DNA of 64,000 nt from Oscillospiraceae bacterium (GTDB lineage: Bacteria; Bacillota; Clostridia; Oscillospirales; CAG-272): contig SVSW01000002.1 of NCBI GenBank assembly GCA_015064095.1, positions 27,002 to 91,001 on the forward strand, in the 5' to 3' direction. This document shows positions 9,154 through 16,502 of this stretch, one piece after another. Each line of letters opens with the position of its first letter. The first letter of the stretch is position 1. The translations under genes were made by a program, and so were the position numbers. Under the pieces are notes generated by a model, which saw only the letters and a program-made list of their open reading frames with translations, did not search any database and was not told the origin of the DNA.

Positions 9154-9685
9154 CAGCACAAAAAGACCGGCACCACGTGCCGTTCTCTGAAATAAAAAAA
9201 CGCCTCCCGCCTCGGCGGAAAGCTCCAAAAATCAGAAATGACCCTTGACCGTGGTTTCTTTACACCGCAGCCAAGGGTCACTTCTGTTCACTCTTGATAT
9301 CTAACATCTTTTTATCCTCTCTTTCTTCGGTCTGTTTTTTACTTTCTCCTCGCGACTCCCTGACACTCCCAAAAAAACTTCTCTAGCGAGAATACCCTCT
9401 GTGTTTCTGACGCTCCGATCTGTAAAAAACGATCCTTCCGCTACCGACAAATTTCTCTCCTTGATTTATATAATGCGTATCACCGCCGTGTTTTTTCTCC
9501 CGTTTTGTCGGCTCGGAAGACAAGGGCTTTTGGTCTTTTTCTTATGTTTCCATTGGACCGTCCTCCTCTTTCTGTGTCTATATTATATCACGAAAATATG
9601 GAAAAAACAATTGGCAATATGTAAAAACTTTCAATTCCGTTTTTGTATAAGAGGCAGAAATTTACGTTATCTTACATTTTCCCTC

Positions 9686-9714
9686 TTGACGTACGCTAAA
9701 ATCTATGATATAAT
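9686..9714 (+). promoter_or_regulatory. near-consensus sigma-A promoter (TTGACG-17-TATAAT) with no ORF behind it
   Basis: TTGACG 9686-9691, TATAAT 9709-9714. Confidence 0.55.
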
Positions 9715-9720
9715 GATCTT

Positions 9721-9842
9721 GTTGTGGTGCTGCGGTCGGCTTTCGCAGGACCCGCAAACAAAGAACGCAAAAAACGGCGTATACCGCCGAAAATATAAGC
9801 CCGACAAAGCGCCGTACGCGCATTCAAGTACGGCGCTTTTTT
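9721..9842 (+). ncRNA. candidate orphan small RNA (about 120 nt), class unknown
   Basis: It is bounded by the promoter above and a strong terminator (AGCGCCGTAC..GTACGGCGCT + TTTTTT, 9808-9842). Internal hairpins are CTGCG/CGCAG and CGGCG/CGCCG. There is no RBS or credible ORF. Confidence 0.4.
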
Positions 9843-9956
9843 CATTGATCAAAAGCAAGGATTTTCGCCCCGAAAGGTCTTTTTTGCGCTCGGTTTTATC
9901 GAATTTTTGTGAAAATTGACGAAAGCCCTGTTTTTTGCCCCGTTTTGCCCCTTGCC

Positions 9957-10031
9957 TGTGGAAAACCCTGTGGAAAGTGTGGAAAACCTTGCAAATCAAG
10001 CCTCATTTCGTATATTTTTGCCTGTTGAAAA
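9957..10031 (+). promoter_or_regulatory. array of DnaA-box-like 9-mers
   Basis: TGTGGAAAA 9957-9965, TGTGGAAAG 9969-9977, TGTGGAAAA 9978-9986 and TGTTGAAAA 10023-10031. Each is 1-2 mismatches from TGTGGATAA, the complement of TTATCCACA. Confidence 0.5.
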
Positions 10032-10247
10032 CCCCGCTTTTTTCATCAAGGTAATTTTTTCCAAAAGATAAAATCTGTTTTTTTGCACAAATTTTACAAA
10101 CGAAGAAAAAAGCCTCACTTTCGAAGGGAGGTGGCGCGGCTTACCGTAACGCACTCTCCCTCAGTCACCTGCGGTGACAGCTCCCTCCCGGAGGGAGCCT
10201 TTTTTAGCTCACGCAAAACAAAAAGGAGCCGCTTTTTTGTCGGTGGG

Positions 10248-10721
10248 TCAATTCTCCCAAAGGTTGATGATCGTGATCCCCTTTTCCCTTTTCCTTTTTG
10301 CGTATTTATAAGCCTTATAAGCTCCGCTGCCCTCTTTGCTCTCCGCATAGAAGATAACAAGATCGCTTTGGTCTATCATTGCGCAGTTTCGAAAATAAAT
10401 ACTTTTATACCAGCCCTCAAAAGAAGGCGTAAGATATACGATTTCGTCATAGTCCTCGCGATTGAAATAACGCACGCTTTTTCGCAAATACCGTTCCTGC
10501 GAGGCGCAGTATATTCGTCTGATTTTCAGCTCGGAGTTTTCGTTTTTTATTTTTGTTACGATTTGCAAGCAAAGATCGTCAAAAGCGCCGTACCCTCCAA
10601 AATAAAAAGTACGGCAACCGCGCTCCACCGCTTTTGTGATCTCAGCGGTAGTCTTGGCACACAATCTGTCTGTTATATCAACATCACGGTGCCCAAAAAA
10701 AGAGCAAATCTTTTCTTCCAT
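10248..10721 (-). CDS. DUF1273 / SLOG family protein (YoqJ-like)
   Basis: The ORF starts MEEKICSFFGHRD (the C-x-F-x-GHR signature of the family). GGYGAFD is followed by a Rossmann-like alternation. The start is taken at ATG 10721 rather than the track start 10802. Confidence 0.7.
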   Translation of the reverse strand: MEEKICSFFGHRDVDITDRLCAKTTAEITKAVERGCRTFYFGGYGAFDDLCLQIVTKIKNENSELKIRRIYCASQERYLRKSVRYFNREDYDEIVYLTPSFEGWYKSIYFRNCAMIDQSDLVIFYAESKEGSGAYKAYKYAKRKREKGITIINLWEN

Positions 10722-10944
10722 ACAAAAAAATAAGGTGTCACCTCTTGCGAGATGACACCGTAGAATACCTCTCGCATAGTTGTCACACCATCTATAACCC
10801 ACTTCCCAGCCGATTATTGCGATACCGTATTTCTACCGAAATATAGTATGGTTGGGAAAAGGGTATAGTACCCCCTTGTAGGTTATTTTGATTATTAAGA
10901 TGATGTGACGTACATATTATATCACATTATTTTTCGTTTTTCAA
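10722..10944 (-). promoter_or_regulatory. promoter plus about 190-nt structured leader with intrinsic terminator (candidate riboswitch/attenuator)
   Basis: On the minus strand, -35 TTGAAA is the complement of 10939-10944 and TGaTATAAT is the complement of 10916-10921. A long imperfect helix pairs CUAUACCCUUUUCCCAACC with GGCUGGGAAGUGGGUUAUAG around an apical hairpin. The terminator GGTGTCATCTCGCAAGAGGTGACACC + T7 ends 3 nt before the ATG. An upstream GCGAGAGG segment can pair alternatively. Confidence 0.4.
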
Positions 10945-11033
10945 TACGGAGCAAAGATTTATTTGTAAAGTTTTGATATGTCTTTTATCTGAGCGGCAGC
11001 TGCCAAGAAAAACAACGAATCAAAGATACGCTT

Positions 11034-11067
11034 AAAAAAGCCCCCCTTTCAAGAGGGGGGCTTTTTT
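11034..11067 (-). terminator. rho-independent terminator
   Basis: GCCCCCCT..AGGGGGGC stem flanked by A6/T6. Confidence 0.75.
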
Positions 11068-13693
11068 ATATATGTATCGCTTCTCCGCCCGCCGAAATTA
11101 TTGATCTTTCGGCGGTTTCGGAAAAGTCCTGCGCCATGACCGTCAGCGGCTTTTCAAGCTCGCCCCGTCCGAGCACCTTGACGGCGTCCGCACGCCTCGG
11201 GATCAGTCCTTTCTCCCTTAATCCTTCAAGCGTGACCGTTTCGCCCCAATCAAAATTTTTTTCGATAACGTCAAGATTTATCTCCGCTTTTCTTTTGCCG
11301 CACGTTCTCTCGGCGCAAAAAATCTCCTCGTCCGGCGGTTCTTCTTCCGTTACTTCTTCTATTTCTTCTATTTCTTCTGTTTGTTCGGTTTCTTCGGCTT
11401 CTTCTTCGATCTCGGTCAGGGGTTCGTCGGGCGCGTCCGTTTTTCGAACAAACTTCAACGCAAGATATATAATGCACGCTATTGCCGCCGCGTTCATGAG
11501 CGTCAGCGCGCCGACCGTCAATCCTGCCGAGACGGGCGTGAAGAACGAAAACACTGCGAGCTTCTTTTTTCGCTTCAAGAGGAAAACAAGCACCGCGATC
11601 GCGCAAAGCTCGGCAAAAAGCGTTGCCGACAGCACAATAATTATCGGCGTGAGCTCGGCGACCGTTTTGGCGTCCTTTTCCTCTTTTCTTGTATCGCTCG
11701 CCGAGAACGACGCTTCAATATCGAGAACTGCCGCGTCCGCGATCGCCTTTATCGCCGACGGATCGCGACTTGCTTCTATCTTCCCTTTTGCCGCCTTGAC
11801 CGTTTCTTCGATCTCCCCTTTCGCCGTTTCGTCTATATCCTCGCGGCGGTGACGCGCGGCGTTTATCCTTGCCGACGCCTCGCCTCTGTCAAGCGCCGTC
11901 AGCGCCTCGTCAAGCTTTGATGCATCGGCCGAGATATGCTCCGCCGACGCTTCCGTTATCGCTTTGAGTGAATTTTTATCGCCGTTCAGAAAGCTCGGAT
12001 AAAAGCTCGCCGCCACTATCGCTTCATAGCGGCAAAAAAGCTTGTCCGATGCCTCGGCGATTGCGACCAGCCCGTCGGCTAACGCGATAAATTCCGCAAA
12101 ATTATCGGGGTCGTCCGACACCGAAAGCTCCTCGAGCCGAGCCGCAAGCAGCCCTTTTTGCCCCGCGCGCATATCGGTGCGCGAGCCGAGCGTTTGCCCG
12201 AGCCTTTCGAGTATTGCCGTGCGGTATTTTTTTGCAAGTCCGTCAAATTTCCCTTCGAGCGCGTCCCTCGCGTTCCCCGAAAGCCCGACGGCGTCCGCCA
12301 TTGCGGCAAGTATCAACGGCCGATCGGCAGAGCTTATGCCGCCTTTTTCCAATATTTCCTTATGGTCAAGCCGAAATCTTTTCGCCTCGGCGAGGTCAAC
12401 GGTTCGCAAAAGCTCCTCTCTTGCCTTTTCGTATTTTTCCTCTGCCGCAGCGGTCGATGCGGCTCTTATCGCAATATCAGCCGCCGAAAAAACGGCGTCC
12501 GCTTCGGACAAAAGCGGCGTCACTGTCAAATATTCCGAAATTTTCCGCTTTGCGGAGAGCAGATCTTCATAAAGCTCTATGCGCAGGCTCGCTTTCTTCC
12601 TTTCCCCCGAAAGCTCCTCGCGCGTGTCACAGCCGTCGAGCGTACCGCCGTCGCCATTGTACTCCGCTTCAAGCTCTGCCATTTTTTCGTCGTTTTTAAA
12701 TCCGCGGCGGCTTATTTCGTCCGCGATCCTATCCTTTGTCTCGGCGCGCTCAAGATCTGTCCCGTGGGTCAAAAACAGCCCCGACACCTCGGCTATCCCC
12801 TCGCTTGCCGTAAGCGCATCAAGCTCTGCGAGCTTTTTTGCCACGTACGAGGAATTGTATTTTTTCCCGTTGCCGAGATCCCCGACGAGCACCGTGAGCG
12901 CCTCTTTCATATGCGCGTTTATTTTTTCTTCGCTGTCCGATTCGCCCGTACCGAGATCTATTACCGCGAGCGCGTTCGCGATACACTCGTGCTCCGCGAT
13001 ATCTCCGTTCGGATAAATAAGATCAAACGCCGCCCGAAGCTCCCTCTTCGCCACGTCCTGCATTTTCCTTATTTTTACTGCCGACCGAGCTCCGTTTAAT
13101 ATCAGCTCGTATTCCGTTATTTCATACGGCCTCTTATCTGCGGGGACGTTATTTACGCGCGTTTTTGCTTCCTCGACGATCGCACACACGGCATCGGACG
13201 CCTCGCCGTCGGCAAGCTCGCAAAGCTTGCCTTCATATATCGCCGCTAGCAGGCGCGCGATAATTCCGCCGCCCGTTTTTTTCGCGGTCGCCGCGGCGTA
13301 AAGCTCCTGCCAATCCCCGTATGTTCCGCTATCAAGCTCTTCTTTGATGCTCGAATAAAGCTCGCTTACCGCCTCGTTTCCGTTATATAAAAACGCAAGG
13401 TACGCCGCGACAACGCCCCGATAGTATAGGAGCTTCGCCTGCTCGATCGGCAGGCTCAGATCAAGCGCATCGCGGTACGGGCTGATCGCAAGGCTCGCCC
13501 CGCCGCCCGACGGATATGCAAAATACTGCGTTTGCAGCTCTCCGAGCTTTGAATAAAGGCTCACTGTGCCGTCCGAATCCTCGGGTAAATGATCCAAAGA
13601 CGGCGAAAAGCTCTCCGCCGACGCGCCAAACGCCGCCGACGGTATCAAAAGAGCTACTAAAAAAATTATTATAAACTTCCTTGCTTTTTTCAT
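11066..13693 (-). CDS. large envelope protein: signal peptide, about 640-aa helical ectodomain, 2 TM helices, acidic linker, C-terminal uL15-like domain
   Basis: The N-terminus MKKARKFIIIFLVALLIPSAAFGASA is a signal peptide. TM segments lie near aa 690-760, followed by the linker EIEEEAEETEQTEEIEEIEEVTEEEPPDEE. The last approx 75 aa (INLDVIEKNF..GETVTLEGLREKGLIP..VKVLGRGELEKPLTVMAQDFSETAERSIISAGGEAIHI) match the C-terminal half of bacterial ribosomal protein uL15. Confidence 0.8.
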   Translation of the reverse strand: MKKARKFIIIFLVALLIPSAAFGASAESFSPSLDHLPEDSDGTVSLYSKLGELQTQYFAYPSGGGASLAISPYRDALDLSLPIEQAKLLYYRGVVAAYLAFLYNGNEAVSELYSSIKEELDSGTYGDWQELYAAATAKKTGGGIIARLLAAIYEGKLCELADGEASDAVCAIVEEAKTRVNNVPADKRPYEITEYELILNGARSAVKIRKMQDVAKRELRAAFDLIYPNGDIAEHECIANALAVIDLGTGESDSEEKINAHMKEALTVLVGDLGNGKKYNSSYVAKKLAELDALTASEGIAEVSGLFLTHGTDLERAETKDRIADEISRRGFKNDEKMAELEAEYNGDGGTLDGCDTREELSGERKKASLRIELYEDLLSAKRKISEYLTVTPLLSEADAVFSAADIAIRAASTAAAEEKYEKAREELLRTVDLAEAKRFRLDHKEILEKGGISSADRPLILAAMADAVGLSGNARDALEGKFDGLAKKYRTAILERLGQTLGSRTDMRAGQKGLLAARLEELSVSDDPDNFAEFIALADGLVAIAEASDKLFCRYEAIVAASFYPSFLNGDKNSLKAITEASAEHISADASKLDEALTALDRGEASARINAARHRREDIDETAKGEIEETVKAAKGKIEASRDPSAIKAIADAAVLDIEASFSASDTRKEEKDAKTVAELTPIIIVLSATLFAELCAIAVLVFLLKRKKKLAVFSFFTPVSAGLTVGALTLMNAAAIACIIYLALKFVRKTDAPDEPLTEIEEEAEETEQTEEIEEIEEVTEEEPPDEEIFCAERTCGKRKAEINLDVIEKNFDWGETVTLEGLREKGLIPRRADAVKVLGRGELEKPLTVMAQDFSETAERSIISAGGEAIHI

Positions 13694-13838
13694 TTTTTAC
13701 CTCCGTTTCTATTTCTATATTTTACCATATTTAGAAATAACAGTCAACAAACGGCAAAAAATTGTTCCCTAAAACTTATTGACCTTTTTCGACTTTTTTG
13801 TGACCGCGCGAAAAATGCTAAATATATTAATAAAGTTA

Positions 13839-13867
13839 TTGAAAATATTCGCCGAATGTGTTATAAT
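13839..13867 (+). promoter_or_regulatory. sigma-A promoter TTGAAA-17-TATAAT
   Basis: TTGAAA 13839-13844, TATAAT 13862-13867. Confidence 0.55.
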
Positions 13868-13903
13868 AGATAGGAATATTGAAAAAATGACTTTTTACAA
13901 TTT

Positions 13904-14989
13904 TTGGAGGAAGAATTGAAGGCTTCTGTTAAAACTCGCTCTAATGTCTCCATTCCGTGCCTTACAAAAAAAGAGGCGGCGGCGCGCGACCTTCTCACGC
14001 GCGAGGAGCTTTACGCCATACATCTTCTGCCCGGCTCCGAGCCCGTGGCTTACGGATATATCGACGAAAACACCGTTATCTACTATTTTAACCCCGATTC
14101 CGTCATTGAAGCGCCGCCCGAGCTTTGGTTCGGCGCAAAGGACGAGCCTTTGACCCTACCCAGCGGAACAGTTATCCCCCGCATGAGCACAAAGCGTGCC
14201 GCAGCTTACGGATATTACACTCGCGAGCGCCTCTCACAGATGAATTGCGAAACGCTTGAGGAGCCCGTGGCTTACAATATCCGTTCGGACAAGTCCACCG
14301 TCTTTTTCTTTGACAAAAAGACCTCGACCAAGCTGCCGCTTATGTGCGTTCGGTGCGGTCAGGCGGTAAGATTCAAGAAAAAGCTCTGCGCCGCCTGCTA
14401 TGAGCAAGACCTCGCCGAGCGCCGCGAGGAGGGCGACCGCAAAAGAAACGCATTTTACGGTATGGACCGCGAGCGCGTTCTCTTTTTCGACCTTGAGCTG
14501 ACGGGATTTTATGACCGCGATGAGATAATTTCGATCAGCATCGTCAACGCAAAGGGCGAGATCATAATGAACACCCTCGTCAAGCCCGACCACACGAAAA
14601 AATGGAAGCGCACCGAGAAGATCCACGGTATCACTCCCGAAATGACCGAGGACGCACCGACTCTTATCGAGCTGACGCCGAAGATCAAGGAAATTTTTGC
14701 GGACGCCGACAACATAATAGCCTACGGCGTTTCGACCGACTATTCGCATATAAAGTACATCTACCCCGAAAACGAAAGAGAGGCTCTGCACGACAAGGTG
14801 CGCTGCTGCGCAAACGAGTTCGTACGCTACGCGCACGAGCACCGTCCCGACGTTGAGCACGCCTCGCTTATCGACGCGATGGCTGCCTTCGGTATCGACT
14901 GGGACGGTATCCCGCACAGCTCGATCGCCGACACGGTCGCCTGCATGAAGGTCTGGGAAAAGCTTTTCCCGAATTATTATAAGGATTAA
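13904..14989 (+). CDS. DEDDh 3'-5' exonuclease (DnaQ/epsilon-like) with duplicated N-terminal module and Cys4 ribbon
   Basis: The C-terminal domain carries Exo motifs FFDLELTG, AYGVSTDYSHI and HSSIADTVA. The N-terminus has two approx 50-aa repeats and CVRCG..CAAC. The true start is more likely the in-frame TTG at 13916, 5 nt after GGAGG. Confidence 0.8.
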   Translation: MEEELKASVKTRSNVSIPCLTKKEAAARDLLTREELYAIHLLPGSEPVAYGYIDENTVIYYFNPDSVIEAPPELWFGAKDEPLTLPSGTVIPRMSTKRAAAYGYYTRERLSQMNCETLEEPVAYNIRSDKSTVFFFDKKTSTKLPLMCVRCGQAVRFKKKLCAACYEQDLAERREEGDRKRNAFYGMDRERVLFFDLELTGFYDRDEIISISIVNAKGEIIMNTLVKPDHTKKWKRTEKIHGITPEMTEDAPTLIELTPKIKEIFADADNIIAYGVSTDYSHIKYIYPENEREALHDKVRCCANEFVRYAHEHRPDVEHASLIDAMAAFGIDWDGIPHSSIADTVACMKVWEKLFPNYYKD

Positions 14990-15002
14990 AGGAATCTATA
15001 CT

Positions 15003-15290
15003 ATGTCAATTTTCGGAATAGGAAAATCTCACAAGCCGATGGAGAACGTCGAGCTGCTCGTCACGTTCTTCGATTTCGGCACGCGCTCCGTTATCGAGAG
15101 CATTTTGCGCGACGCGGATATCCCCTATATCATCAAGGAGCGCGGCGGCTCTCTGCCCATTATCACAGGCTCGCCGATGCTCGGGGCGGACATTTTCGTT
15201 CGAGCCGAGGATCTTGATGCCGCGACCAAGCTTATAGCCCCCATCTTCGAGGCTGACGAAGCCGGCGAAGAAGAATCCGAAGAAGAATGA
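15003..15290 (+). CDS. small acidic-tailed protein, DUF2007-like (putative signal-transducing fold)
   Basis: 95-aa ORF, ATGA-coupled to thiI. The family assignment is weak and rests on pattern only. Confidence 0.5.
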   Translation: MSIFGIGKSHKPMENVELLVTFFDFGTRSVIESILRDADIPYIIKERGGSLPIITGSPMLGADIFVRAEDLDAATKLIAPIFEADEAGEEESEEE

Positions 15291-16471
15291 AAGAATTTAT
15301 ACTTTGCAAATACGGAGAGATCATCTTAAAGGGCGCAAATCGGGCGACCTTTGAGGCTCAGCTCGTAAAGGAGCTGCGCTTCCGCCTCTCCTTCTGCGGT
15401 AATTTTTCCGTCACACGCTCTCAAAGCGTGATATATATCGAGCCGCTGGACGGCGATGCCGATATCGACGCGGCCGACGAAGCCGTTTCGCGCGTTTTCG
15501 GAATCATCGCATACAACCGCGCAGCTCAAGCGGAAAGCTGCACCGTTGAGGGCATTTGCAAGACTGCCGCGGAATACCTGCCCGAAAAGCTTGCGGGCGC
15601 TCGGACCTTTAAGGTCGAATCAAAGCGCGCCGACAAGAGCTTTCCGCTCGGCTCGATCGAGCTGTCGCGAGAGGTCGGCGGTGCTATTCTCTCCGCTTGC
15701 CCGAAGCTCCGTGTTGATGTCCACTCACCCGATGTAACGGTGCGCGCCGAGGTGCGCGAGGGCGCGGCCTTCGTTCACGCAGGTCAGAAAAAGGGCGCGG
15801 GCGGTATGCCCGTCGGCTCGTCCGACCGCGCAATGCTGCTCCTTTCGGGCGGCATTGATTCTCCCGTTGCAGGCTACATGATGGCAAAGCGCGGTGTCAG
15901 GCTCGAGGCGGTTCATTTCGAATCCTTCCCCTACACCAGCGAACGCGCGCGTGAAAAAGTGCTTGAGCTGGCGTCGCTTATGACGAAATACACGGGCGGC
16001 ATAAACGTCCACGTCGTTTCGCTGACGCATATCCAAGAGGAGCTTGCAAAGCACTGCAACGAGGATTATTTCACTTTGCTTTTACGCCGTTATATGATGA
16101 CGATAGCCGACAGGATCGCAAAGGAGAACGGCTGCGGTGCGCTGATCACGGGCGAGAGCCTGGGTCAGGTCGCGTCACAGACGATGTCGGCACTCGGCGT
16201 GACGGACGCGGCGGCAACCATGCCCGTTTTCCGTCCCTGCATCGGCATGGACAAAGCGGAGATCGTGAAGATCGCGGAGCATATCGGCACGTTTGAGACC
16301 TCGATACAGCCCTACGAGGACTGCTGCACGGTATTTACACCGCGCCACCCGAGAACGAAGCCCGAGCTTTCAAAGGTGCTCGCCGAGGAACAAAAGCTCG
16401 ATTTTGAGGCGCTTGTCGCCGAGGCTATCGCAGGGGCGACCGTCGAACGCATTAAGTACAGACCAAATTAA
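15287..16471 (+). CDS. thiI: tRNA 4-thiouridine(8) synthase
   Basis: The N-terminus KYGEIILKG begins a ferredoxin-like/THUMP region, followed by the PP-loop LLLSGGIDSPVA. Confidence 0.92.
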   Translation: MKEFILCKYGEIILKGANRATFEAQLVKELRFRLSFCGNFSVTRSQSVIYIEPLDGDADIDAADEAVSRVFGIIAYNRAAQAESCTVEGICKTAAEYLPEKLAGARTFKVESKRADKSFPLGSIELSREVGGAILSACPKLRVDVHSPDVTVRAEVREGAAFVHAGQKKGAGGMPVGSSDRAMLLLSGGIDSPVAGYMMAKRGVRLEAVHFESFPYTSERAREKVLELASLMTKYTGGINVHVVSLTHIQEELAKHCNEDYFTLLLRRYMMTIADRIAKENGCGALITGESLGQVASQTMSALGVTDAAATMPVFRPCIGMDKAEIVKIAEHIGTFETSIQPYEDCCTVFTPRHPRTKPELSKVLAEEQKLDFEALVAEAIAGATVERIKYRPN

Positions 16472-16502
16472 AGCGAAAAAATCCGTGAAAGGAAGTTTCA
16501 AT

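Noticed and set aside
9555-9569. RNase P RNA, because the minus strand reads AGAGGAGGACGGTCC, reminiscent of the GAGGAAAGUCC CR-I box
   Set aside because: The match is inexact. None of the other universally conserved RNase P blocks (e.g. ACAGAA..GGCUUA) are present in the surrounding 400 nt.
9721-9842. SRP (4.5S) RNA or 6S RNA identity for the orphan sRNA
   Set aside because: It has no GGAAGCAGCC-type domain IV motif and no symmetric-loop architecture. It is too short for 6S RNA. I left it as an unknown-class candidate.
9401-10733. Track ORFs 9401..9919 (+), 9703..9999 (-) and 10083..10733 (+) as protein genes in the gene-free region
   Set aside because: They have no RBS and odd composition. 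They run straight through promoter/terminator elements and the DnaA-box array. 10083..10733 is antisense to the DUF1273 gene.
16293-16502. 210-nt N-terminal extension of aspS in the track ORF
   Set aside because: The extension overlaps the thiI 3' end in another frame and is Arg/Ser/Pro-rich. The ATG at 16503 gives a normal AspRS N-terminus.
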